DNA from: Octopus sinensis
Lineage: Eukaryota
DNA length: 64,000 bases
Assembly (NCBI RefSeq): GCF_006345805.1
Contig: NC_043009.1
Coordinates: 14,508,001-14,572,000, forward strand
Direction: 5' to 3'
Below are positions 42,101 through 54,112 of this stretch, piece by piece. The first letter of the stretch is position 1. The number at the start of each line of letters is the position of its first letter. A program made the translations under genes and the position numbers. A model generated the notes under the pieces. That model was not told the origin of the DNA. It was given only the letters and a program-made list of their open reading frames with translations, and did no database searches.

Positions 42101-45100
42101 CCTCATAAGAGAAAAAATTTCGAAAATAATTATTTCTTATTGAACATATTAATTTATATATAGAGGGCATTATACATACATGCCAGAGGGCATTATACAT
42201 ACATGCCACACGCTAAGAGGGACAATTAGTCATTTCTACCAAAAATATTACTAATCCCACCGAATGCAATTTTTCAAAGTAAGACATTTAAAAAATATAG
42301 ACCTGTATCACAGTGATTTCATACTTACGTATTCATCAGCAGGCCTGAATGTATCATAAATAAACGACCCTGTCCCGCTTAAGCCGATCAGCTAACTGAT
42401 CAACATCAACGAATCACATGGGTGAGTTTACATATATACATCCTGTAAATGGCATACTTTTACGAATTGCATTTCGGGAAAGGAAAAGTTTTTTCGGAAT
42501 AAACATTTAGCAATTAAGGACAACTACTTAATAAGGAAAACTTAACAAGAATTGTCAGGTAGATAGCGTGAAAACCTCATAAGAGAAAAAATTTCGAAAA
42601 TAATTATTTCTTATTGAACATATTAATTTATATATAGAGGGCATTATACATACATGCCAGAGGGCATTATACATACATGCCACACGCTAAGAGGGACAAT
42701 TAGTCATTTCTACCAAAAATATTACTAATCCCACCGAATGCAATTTTTCAAAGTAAGACATTTAAAAAATATAGACCTGTATCACAGTGATTTCATACTT
42801 ACGTTTTCATCAGCAGGCCTAAATGTATCATAAATAAACGACCCTGTCCCGCTTAAGCCGATCAGCTAACTGATCAAAATCAACGAAGCACATGGGTGAG
42901 TTTACATATATTACATCCTGTGCCTGCTGATGAATACGTAAGTATGAAATCAGTGGGATACAGGTCTATATTTTTTAAATGTCTTACTTTGAAAAATTGC
43001 ATTCGGTGGGATTAGTAATATTTTTGGTAGAAATGACTAATTGTCCCTCTTAGCGTGTGGCATGTATGTATAATGCCCTCTGGCATGTATGTATAATGCC
43101 CTCTATATATAAATTAATATGTTCAATAAGAAATAATTATTTTCGAAATTTTTTCTCTTATGAGGTTTTCACGCTATCTACCTGACAATTTCTTGTTAAG
43201 TTTTCCTTATTAAGTAGTTGTCCTTAATTGCTAAATTTTTATTCCGAAAAAACTTTTCCTTTCCCGAAATGCAATTCGTAAAAGTATGCCATTTACAGGA
43301 TGTAATATATGTAAACTCACCCATGTGCTTCGTTGATGTTGATCAGTTAGCTGATCGGCTTAAGCGGGACAGGGTCGTTTATTTATGATACATTCAGTCC
43401 TGCTGATGAAAACGTAAGTATGAAATCACTGTGATACAGGTCTATATTTTTTTAATGTCTTACTTTGAAAAATTGCATTCGGTGGATTAGTAATATTTTT
43501 TGTAGAAATGACTAATTGTCCCTCTTAGCGTGTGGCATGTATGTATAATGCCTCTGGCATGTATGTATAATGCCCTCTATATATAAATTAATATGTTCAA
43601 TAAGAAATAATTATTTTCGAAATTTTTTCTCTTATTAGGTTTTCACGCTATCTACCTGACAATTTCTTGTTAAGTTTTCCTTATTAAGTAGTTGTCCTTA
43701 ATTGCTAAATTTTTATTCCGAAAAAACTTTTCCTTTCCCGAAATGCAATTCGTAAAAGTATGCCATTTACAGGATGTAATATATGTAAACTCACCCATGT
43801 GCTTCGTTGATGTTGATCAGTTAGCTGATCGGCTTAAGCGGGACAGGGTCGTTTATTTATGATACATTCAGGCCTGCTGATGAATACGTAAGTATGAAAT
43901 CACTGTGATACAGGTCTATATTTTTTAAATGTCTTACTTTGAAAAATTGCATTCGGTGGGATTAGTAATATTTTTGGTAGAAATGACTAATTGTCCCTCT
44001 TAGCGTGTGGCATGTATGTATAATGCCCTCTGGCATGTATGTATAATGCCCTCTATATATAAATTATATGTTCAATAAGAAATAATTATTTTCGAAATTT
44101 TTTCTCTTATGAGGTTTTCACGCTATCTACCTGACAATTTCTTGTTAAATTTTCCTATTAAGTAGTTGTCCTAATTGCTAAATTTTTATTCCGAAAAAAC
44201 TTTTCCTTTCCGAAATGCAATTCGTAAAAGTATGCCATTTACAGGATGTAATATATGTAAACTCACCCATGTGATTCGTTGATGTTGATCAGTTAGCTGA
44301 TCGGCTTAAGCGGGACAGGGTCGTTTATTATGATACATTCAGGCCTGCTGATGAATACGTAAGTATGAAATCACTGTGATACAGGTCTATATTTTTTAAA
44401 TGTCTTACTTTGAAAAATTGCATTCGGTGGGATTAGTAATATTTTTGGTAGAAATGACTAATTGTCCCTCTTAGCGTGTGGCATGTATGTATAATGCCCT
44501 CTGGCATGTATGTATAATGCCCTCTATATATAAATTAATATGTTCAATAAGAAATAATTATTTTCGAAATTTTTTCTCTTATGAGGTTTTCACGCTATCT
44601 ACCTGACATTTCTTGTTAAATTTTCCTATTAAGTAGTTGTCCTTAATTGCTAAATGTTTATTCCGAAAAAACTTTTCCTTTCCCGAAATGCAATTCGTAA
44701 AAGTATGCCATTTACAGGATGTAATATATGTAAACTCACCCATGTGATTCGTTGACGTTGATCAGTTAGCTGATCGGCTAAGCGGGGACAGGGTCGTTAT
44801 TTATGATACATTCAGCCTGCTGATGAATACGTAAGTATGAAATCACTGTGATACAGGTCTATATTTTTTAAATGTCTTACTTTGAAAAATTGCATTCGGT
44901 GGGATTAGTAATATTTTTGGTAGAAATGACTAATGTCCCTCTTAGCGTATGGCATGTATGTATAATGCCCTCTGGCATGTATGTATAATGCCCTCTATAT
45001 ATATTAATATGTTCAATAAGAAATAATTATTTTCGAAATTTTTTCTCTTATGAGGTTTTCACGCTATCTACCTGACAATTTCTCGTTAAGTTTTCCTTAT

Positions 45101-47784
45101 TAAGTAGTTGTCCTTAATTGCTAATTTTTATTCCGAAAAAACTTTTCCTTTCCCGAAATGCAATTCGTAAAAGTATGCCATTTACAGGATGTATATATGT
45201 AAACTCACCCATGTGCTTCGTTGATGTTGATCAGTTAGCTGATCGGCTTAAGCGGGACAGGTCGTTTATTTATGATACATTCAGTCCTGCTGATGAAAAC
45301 GTAAGTATGAAATCACTGTGATACAGGTCTATATTTTTTAAATGTCTTACTTTGAAAAATTGCATTCGGTGGGATTAGTAATATTTTTTGTAGAAATGAC
45401 TAATTGTCCCTCTTAGCGTGTGGCATGTATGTATAATGCCCTCTGGCATGTATGTATAATGCCCTCTATATATAAATTAATATGTTCAATAAGAAATAAT
45501 TATTTTCGAAATTTTTTCTCTTATTAGGTTTTCACGCTATCTACCTGACAATTTCTTGTTAAGTTTTCCTTATTAAGTAGTTGTCCTTAATTGCTAAATT
45601 TTTATTCCGAAAAAACTTTTCCTTTCCCGAAATGCAATTCGTAAAAGTATGCCATTTACAGGATGTAATATATGTAAACTCACCCATGTGCTTCGTTGAT
45701 GTTGATCAGTTAGCTGATCGGCTTAAGCGGGACAGGGTCGTTTATTTATGATACATTCAGGCCTGCTGATGAATACGTAAGTATGAAATCACTGTGATAC
45801 AGGTCTATATTTTTTAAATGTCTTACTTTGAAAAATTGCATTCGGTGGGATTAGTAATATTTTTGGTAGAAATGACTAATTGTCCCTCTTAGCGTGTGGC
45901 ATGTATGTATAATGCCCTCTGGCATGTATGTATAATGCCCTCTATATATAAATTAATATGTTCAATAAGAAATAATTATTTTCGAAATTTTTTCTCTTAT
46001 GAGGTTTTCACGCTATCTACCTGACAATTTCTTGTTAAGTTTTCTTATTAAGTAGTTGTCCTTAATTGCTAAATGTTTATTCCGAAAAAACTTTTCCTTC
46101 CCGAAATGCAATTCGTAAAAGTATGCCATTTACAGGATGTAATATATGTAAACTCACCCATGTGATTCGTTGATGTTGATCAGTTAGCTGATCGGCTTAA
46201 GCGGGACAGGGTCGTTTATTTATGATACATTCAGGCCTGCTGATGAATACGTAAGTATGAAATCACTGTGATACAGGTCTATATTTTTTAAATGTCTTAC
46301 TTTGAAAAATTGCATTCGGTGGGATTAGTAATATTTTTGGTAGAAATGACTAATTGTCCCTCTTAGCGTGTGGCATGTATGTATAATGCCCTCTGGCATG
46401 TATGTATAATGCCCTCTATATATAAATTAATATGTTCAATAAGAAATAATTATTTTCGAAATTTTTTCTCTTATGAGGTTTTCACGCTATCTACCTGACA
46501 ATTTCTTGTTAAATTTTCCTTATTAAGTAGTTGTCCTTAATTGCTAAATGTTTATTCCGAAAAAACTTTTCCTTTCCCGAAATGCAATTCGTAAAAGTAT
46601 GCCATTTACAGGATGTAATATATGTAAACTCACCCATGTGATTCGTTGACGTTGATCAGTTAGCTGATCGGCTTAAGCGGGACAGGGTCGTTTATTTATG
46701 ATACATTCAGCCTGCTGATGATACGTAAGTATGAAATCACTGTGATACAGGTCTATATTTTTTAAATGTCTTACTTTGAAAAATTGCATTCGGTGGGATT
46801 AGTAATATTTTTGGTAGAAATGACTAATTGTCCCTCTTAGCGTATGGCATGTATGTATAATGCCTCTGGCATGTATGTATAATGCCCTCTATATATATTA
46901 ATATGTTCAATAAGAAATAATTATTTTCGAAATTTTTTCTCTTATGAGGTTTTCACGCTATCTACCTGACAATTTCTCGTTAAGTTTTCCTTATTAAGTA
47001 GTTGTCCTTAATGCTAAATTTTTATTCCGAAAAAACTTTTCCTTTCCCGAAATGCAATTCGTAAAAGTATGCCATTTACAGGATGTAATATATGTAACTC
47101 ACCCATGTGCTTCGTTGATGTTGATCAGTTAGCTGATCGGCTTAAGCGGGACAGGGTCGTTTATTTATGATACATTGAGGCCTGCTGATGAATACGTAAG
47201 TATGAAATCACTGTGATACAGGTTTATATTTTTTAAATGTCTTACTTTGAAAAATTGCATTCGGTGGGATTAGTAATATTTTTGGTAGAAATGACTAATT
47301 GTCCCTCTTAGCTGTGGCATGTATGTATAATGCCCTCGGGCATGTATGTATAATGCCCTCTATATATAAATTAATATGTTCAATAAGAAATAATTATTTT
47401 CGAAATGTTTTCTCTTATGAGGTTTTCACGCTATCTACCTGACAATTTCTTGTTAAGTTTTCCTTATTAAGTAGTTGTCCTTAATTGCTAAATGTTTATT
47501 CCGAAAAAACTTTTCCTTTCCCGAAATGCAATTCGTAAAAGTATGCCATTTACAGGATGTAATATATGTAAACTCACCCATGTGCTTCGTTGATGTTGAT
47601 CAGTTAGCTGATCGGCTTAAGCGGGACAGGGTCGTTTATTTATGATACATTCAGGCCTGCTGATGAATACGTAAGTATGAAATCACTGTGATACAGGTCT
47701 ATATTTTTTAAATGTCTTACTTTGAAAAATTGCATTCGGTGGGATTAGTAATATTTTTGGTAGAAATGACTAATTGTCCCTCTT
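33128..47784. repeat. 14.7-kb tandem array of ~475-bp HHR-bearing monomers: 21 units with minus-strand HHRs (33128-42921), then ~10.3 inverted units with 11 plus-strand HHRs (42922-47784)
   Basis: Unit starts GCAATTAAGGAC at 33128, 33520, 33996, 34471, 34946 ... 42510. The first unit is 392 bp (internal deletion). Each unit has an internal 22-bp duplication AGAGGGCATTATACATACATGC. Confidence 0.97.
43870..43917 (+). ncRNA. Representative minimal type I hammerhead of the 475-bp unit (AUA triplet, cut after 43910); first minus-strand copy at 33311-33352
   Basis: AGGCCUG-CUGAUGA-AUAC(GUAA)GUAU-GAAA-UCACUGUGA-UA^CAGGUCU; core intact, 7-bp stem I, self-complementary stem III. Confidence 0.9.
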
Positions 47785-47841
47785 GACTAATTGTACACAT
47801 GCGGTCACATATTGAACATATATATATATATATGTATACAT

Positions 47842-48541
47842 CGATATCTCGGCACATATTCACTTCCTGTTCCAGGTAGACATATTCCTTTACCTCCTCT
47901 ATCTCATCACTACCGATCACCATTCGACCTGTTGGTACGTTGTCTGACCGCCTGAACTTCGTTGTCATGCGGTTCATCTTGAAACCTACTGCAGAGATAT
48001 TGAAAAGGATATCTCACGGAGAGTAAGGGCAGATGGCAGGCGTTTAATGGCATAAGGGATGTGCTCAAGGGAAGGTGGGACAGGACCACCCGTGCCAACT
48101 TCATCAATAGCACAGTTATATGGTAGTGAAACATCGGCTACAGCAAAGAGAGAAGAGCAGAGACTGGTAACGGCTCAAAGAGCCATGGAAAGGTCAATGC
48201 TTGGAATCACGTTGAGAGAGCACATCAGTAGCGAGATCATCAGAAAGATGTCCGGCGTGAGGGATGTCATCGTAGAATATACACGCAGCAAGTTTAGATG
48301 GGCTGGACACGTCGCCCGGTTCACCGACAATCGATGGACTCGTGCAGTTGTTGAGTGGTTCCCGCGCGAGCGGAAACGACCGCCCGGAAGGCCTCCACGA
48401 CGGTGGAGTTACGATTTCAGGAGTACGATTGGGATCACGTGGATGAGAAAGGTGCTATCCAGAGAGGTGTAGACAGCGTGCTGTGACCAGCGGTGTCAAA
48501 TGGAATCCCGACGGACTGGTCGGTCAAAGTGATCAAGGTGA
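47842..48541 (+). mobile_element. 5'-truncated RTE-clade LINE with an inverted 5' segment (47842-47992 minus, 47993-48541 plus)
   Basis: Minus piece: IEEVKEYVYLEQEVNMCRDI. Plus piece: RDIEKDISRRVR...LYGSET...QRAMERSMLG...RWAGHVAR...KRPPGRPPRRW. Ends GTGATCAAGGTGAT. Confidence 0.88.
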
Positions 48542-48579
48542 TATATATACATACCTACATACATATATATATATATATA

Positions 48580-48960
48580 TCATCATCATCATCATCATCA
48601 TCGTTTAACGTCCGTTCTCCATGCTAGCATGGGTTGGACGGTTCGACCGGGGATCTGGGAAGCCAGAAGGCTGCACCAGGCTCCAGTCTTATCTGGCAAT
48701 GTTTCTACTCCTGGATGCCCTTCCTAACGCCAACCACTCCGTGAGTGTAGTGGGTGCTTTTTACGTGCCACCTGCACAGGTGCCAGGCGAGGCTGGCACG
48801 GCCACGGTCGGACTGGTGTATTTTATGTGCCACCGGCACGGAAGCCAGTCGAGGCGGCGCTGGCATCGGCCACGAGTCGGATAGTGCTTTTTACGTACTA
48901 CCAGACCAGGGATCCTGGCTGGTTCAATTCGATTTCGATTTCGCTTGCCCCAACATGTCT
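48580..48960 (-). mobile_element. SINE-like element with an RTE-type 3' end and (ATG)n tail (seen as (CAT)n on the plus strand)
   Basis: (CAT)n-CGTTTAACGTCCG..., GGATGCCCTTCCTAACGCCAACC motif, internal GTGCTTTTTACGTGCCACC repeats. Confidence 0.6.
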
Positions 48961-50980
48961 TCGCAAGCAAAGGGGGTTGGCATGGGTGTATATATATATA
49001 TATATATTATTTTCTCCTGTAATTTGGCAGAAAGTAACTTTTGAAGTGACAAACATAACAAAAGTTTATCAAGCGTTTCTTATCTAAATAGCTGATGTAA
49101 TATGTGCACACTTTCAACCATAAAACGTAAATAAGGAACGGTACTAAAAATGCTTTCAGAAATACAGAAACTGATAGGGAGCCAATAATTTTTTATAGTG
49201 CCTGATAAAGATCATTTTACCTTTTCTTTATTCTTCCTCGACCAGCTAATTCTTTACCATAGGCTTCTCTCTCTCTCTCTCTCTCTTTCTCTCTTTTTTG
49301 TCTTTTGGTTATGTAGATAGAAGCCTCTAACCACCCACAAAATGGTATATATAAGTTATTTCAGGAAATTAATTTTATACGTAAATCTGATGAGTCCGAT
49401 TTGGCATGTCTCGTTTTAATGCTACTTAGAGATTAATCAATCGTTGTATAATATTAAATAGTATGACAATATTGTTGAGATCGAACTCAGATGGAACAAT
49501 AGTAAATTGATGTAATATAAGGACTTTTTTTACTCCATTGTTCTTGTTTCTTGTTATGAAAGCTCTGCGGATATGAGTGGATTTTCAGACATTTGCTTGA
49601 AAAAAATAATCTTTACATTAATGTATTGTCCTGTTGCCAATACCCATGGATGAGATTAAACTCCAATGTTAAAATCCAGATAAAATCACACACACTCACA
49701 CGCACACACACATACACACATATGCATACGTACGTCTTACATACAAACATATACACGAACACACACGCATATACATACATACGAGATAGTTTCCATCTCT
49801 TTATTGGTTGGCCGGAAGATTTAGTAGACAACGCATGGCAAAAAAGCTACTCTCTGCGGATCGATTTCATGCCATGTTTTTTTTAAGTGAACTGGCTAAC
49901 ACACAGCCACGGATGTATAAAAAGTGAATTAGCAGGAAATAATTGTATTTATTCCTTTTTACTTCAAAATCATTGGTTTAGATAATTTAGGTATGATAGT
50001 AATGTATACAACGTTGTACACATTTTAAATTAATCGAAATTTGCTTATAAGACAGAGAAAGAAAACAAATACCTAGTAGCGCCTCTGATAAGAGGGGAGA
50101 AAAGTTCAAGAAATCACGAATTAATTCCATACTCAGAGTAAAACAAATATCTAAGCCTTGTTAGTAGGTCATTAATCAACTACAGACCTAATGTATTAGG
50201 CTCATCACTAAAGGTTACCTATAATTAACAGACACAGATTTATAGGAAGAGAAACAGAGACACGAGTGATTTCGGCCAGTATAATTCACACAGTAGCGAA
50301 AATAAAGACAAGGGAAGTAAACCAAATATGCAAATGGCATGAATTTCGATGATCCAAGTAAGTGGTACTAAATGAAAGTAGTACAATAATAGTTCTAAAT
50401 GAATTAAAATTTGCCACTTGAAAAATTATGTAAAAACCCGATAGCAATTGTTAACGATTCTACAAGGAAATGAGAGATAATTTTATAAAATCAGTAACCT
50501 AGAGGCAGTTTTAGGGAAATTAAATAAAGAGCACTTCAGGCAGTTAAGAATGAATTTCGCAGAATATCGATTTTAATGCTAGAAATGTCATAAAAATGTT
50601 TGCCAGTAGGTTTTAAACTTTTGGAAATTATCTCCCATTCACTTTGAAATTCTCTAATAATGCCAGTAGAAATTTTCTCAGTTTCTAAAAGACAACTATA
50701 AGGCAGATTCGAATTTTCATGTTTATATACTTATATAAATACATTTACACCCAGAGAGGCACCAGTGTATATATTATTTAACATCATTCTGTGGCATGTA
50801 GTGCTTTGTGAAGGTACAACAAAATAACCTTGGGCTGTTTCGCTAACATCATTTTTATTATGAAGTACTTCCTGCCTCACTCAACCAGTCTCCATTTTCT
50901 GCAAGAATGTTTCCATAAATGATCTTCCCAAACACGTTTCGCGATACCGAGAGAGAAAGAAAAAGAGAGGGAGAAAACAA

Positions 50981-51020
<40 letters not shown>

Positions 51021-53059
51021 AGAAAGAGAAGAGGAGGAATAGAGACTCCGGGAAGAATCGCGTCTAGAACTTTATTCTTGACCTATGTAGATTGAAAAGC
51101 AAAGTTCAAAAGGTGACAAAATCCGAATATAAATTCAGGACGAGAACAAAACTGCAATATAGTCTAACCGCGTCGACAGTCGAATTTGCCATTTAAGGAA
51201 AGCCTACCAGCTGTCTGTCTTCTTCTTTGTCTGTGTGCCTGCCTGCCGGCATGTTTGTCTGTCTCTCAGGTTGCCTGTCAATTTACCTATATGCGGGAGT
51301 GAGTGAGTGAGAATGTATGATAGATAAATAGATAGACAGATAGAGTGTGTATGTTTGAGACAGAGAGAGAGTGGAAGAGAGAAAAAGAAGGAGAGAAAGA
51401 ACGAGAAAGAGTTAAAGTATATGGCTCTGTTTGCTGAGATAAGATCATTTATGAATTTGCTGAAATAAATGAATTAAATTTGTGCAACGTGTTAATAGCT
51501 GCAATTGACGTCTGACAAACTAGAAATGTACACACACATATGCACATTTGTATATGTGTCTATACTTATAAGTATACAAATATACATATACACACAGACA
51601 GGTATACACACACACACAAAGTTACACATACACTCCATCTATATATATACACACACAGACACACACACACACAAACACACACAGACACACTCACACACAC
51701 ACAAACACATGCACACATATTTACATTTCTGAAGCAGCTAAATTGTAGCGTCAGCCATTTACACTTTTCGTGAATTTTAATTTATTTATCACAATAAATG
51801 CACGCGGTTTTCATAATCTCATCTAAATACTCGCAATTTATATATTAAGTTACGCACTATCATATCCAAACACATAACCGAATAAATAAAATGAGAGATA
51901 CGCACAGATAAAACACGCTCAAATACACACATACACACACACACACAATCGCATATACAATCGCAAATAATGAATCCTACACGTGCACAAGCAATGAAAT
52001 AATTCCTTTTTTGTCGATTTCAAATTTTCTTTCTCATTAGATTAATGTAATACATTTTTATCATTTGACTATGGATGATGATGATTTCCAAAGACTGTCT
52101 AAGCTTTCCAATGCATGTGGGATATGGATTGTCATGTGAAGTGAATTCGTTTAACTTTATATTCTTTGAATGTCAGCTTTCCAGAATGTATTCACCATTT
52201 CAGATCTCTAATATCTAATTAAGCTCGCACTCACTTGCTATTCATTGTGAAATCATAAAATGTGTGGATAAAAGTAGCGTGTAGTAAAAACTATGACATC
52301 CCTCTTGCAGTTCTGAAAGGCCGGTATTCTACACAACCAACCTAGAATTATGCACACATTTTTAGTAATTGCTAAATTTTGTTTTGTTATTGAGTTACTG
52401 TTCACACTGCTCAAACATATCTATCACGTGCATGTAGTTTGCTGAATATTAGTGCAGTCTAGATTTTATCGCTTCAAGAATTCTGTGTTGTTCTTCTTTT
52501 AGGGACTGGTTTCTTTTAGTCTAATGCCATTCAGACCGACGCAACCCATTTTCTATTTCACTAAACAAACACAATTGACGTCAGTAATTTAATTGTTCAA
52601 TGTCAGACCGTTTCTCAAGGACAATTGGTTACTATGGAGCATGGTATCGTTTGTGCTACTTTCATTTATTGCATCTTGTGTTGATTAATAGAGCCAAGTC
52701 TGCGACACTATTTCGATGCCTGGTTCAATCTATTCAATGTTAAACACTGGTCGAAGCATTACGATATTTCATACAGACCGTCACCAAATTAGGAACTGAA
52801 CATGCATCAAAGATACAGGAAGTTCACCCGTAAATAGATACCTGCAATGTAGCAATGTAGTTGAAATTGTTTTCAGTCAATAGCATTGGCCGATCTTTAA
52901 AAAAAATAATTATCTCTCAAACGCCTAGTGTGTTTGCCTATCGAAACAATATCTATGTTATACACCTCCCCCCACACACATGTATATATGTGTATATACA
53001 GAGACACCAAGAAATTACTCTCCAAATTCTGAGATGGAAAATGTCTTTAGATCCCTTGT

Positions 53060-53960
53060 TCGCAAGCATGATGATAACTGGGTAATTTTCTGTGAGTATA
53101 GCCTACATTTGTCTCTCGATTTATGCTTGCAATTATCTTAATTTTTTTGGTGGGTGGATTCCCGAATGGGAGTTATTTTTTTATTGTTGAATTATGTGTA
53201 TTAGGTGTCCTGGATATACTTATAGTACTAATTTTGTTTTCCTATCAGTATTAGAAGTTTTGAATGTCTGATATCAGATTTTGTTCTGATTTATAGATGC
53301 TAAAATTGACCCTAAATTTGCGGAATAAGGAAATGTTATAGAAGATTTGTTGCAAGTTGGATAATATTTATGATGTTTCTGAAAATTATGTCTTAGGATT
53401 TTGAAGATCACTTAAGATAGATATTTAACAGCAAAGGAGAATGGTGGGGCAAACCAAATTACTACATGCTTCCTAGATTTAGACATATTATGTCATTCTT
53501 GAGTAGAGTATTTGTGTGTTTTATTATGACCTATTGTATTAGATTTAATATAATTAACTAAACGCTTGTATCAGTATTTGTTAATTTAGAATTAGAATTA
53601 GTATTGTTAGATAGTTTTGTTTTAAGTTTAGTATTGGGTACATAATAAATTTGATTGCTAAAGCCTCTTAATTTTATCGGCTGATTATAAACTGGTGCAT
53701 GCGCGTTTCATATTTCCTTACGAGCCGGAAGATTGGAGATCCTTATCGATATAGCCGTGACTAAACTATTAATAGTAGATTTAGAATGATTTGAAGAAAC
53801 GTTAATATATTGTATTACTTGATTAGGCGTTCTATATGGATAATAAAGATAAGTATTAAGACGTAATGTAACATTTAGGAAATTCACAACTTTGGTCTTC
53901 ATAAAAGAATTCTATAATTAAGTTGTTATTAACTAATAACTATGTTGACTTATAAATTAT
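53060..53960 (-). mobile_element. Degraded Penelope-like element ORF (RT thumb and linker, lost near the GIY-YIG domain)
   Basis: VNFLNVTLRL..YYPYRTPN..QYINVSSNHS...RISNL..KEI, then HAPVYNQ, VIWFAPPFS, NFQKHHKY and a decayed CNC-like stretch. Confidence 0.8.
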
Positions 53961-54008
53961 CAATTTCTTTTCAAACGTATACAACGATATTATTGTCATT
54001 TGCCAAAC

Positions 54009-54112
54009 GGGCGTATGGCGTAGTGGTTAAGAGCGCGGGCTACTAACCCCAACATTCCGAGTTCGATTCCAAGTAGTGGCCTGAATAATAATAATAATGA
54101 TAATAATAATAA
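54009..54112 (+). mobile_element. Very short tRNA-derived SINE (or tRNA retro-pseudogene) with an (AAT)n tail
   Basis: A-box TGGCGTAGTGG, anticodon-like arm GCGGG-CTACTAA-CCCCA, B-box GAGTTCGATTCC, then CCTG(AAT)n; acceptor and T stems pair poorly. Confidence 0.7.

Noticed and set aside
38082-45321. Recurrent 61-67 aa ORFs (…FPEMQFVKVCHLQDVIY…) in the large array
   Set aside because: They appear only in units where indels remove stops; no conserved start or domain.
33128-47784. CRISPR-like or rDNA/5S array
   Set aside because: Units are fully repeated with no unique spacers and have no rRNA or tRNA features.
49384-49420. CTGATGAGTCC, resembling a hammerhead start
   Set aside because: No GGAC-GAAA or stem III/I partner downstream.
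50900-51420. Promoter or 5' UTR near (GA)n tracts
   Set aside because: No downstream exon or diagnostic core-promoter arrangement can be shown from sequence alone.
54009-54083. Functional tRNA gene (apparent ACT anticodon)
   Set aside because: Acceptor and T stems pair poorly and it runs directly into an (AAT)n tail; treated as a SINE or pseudogene.
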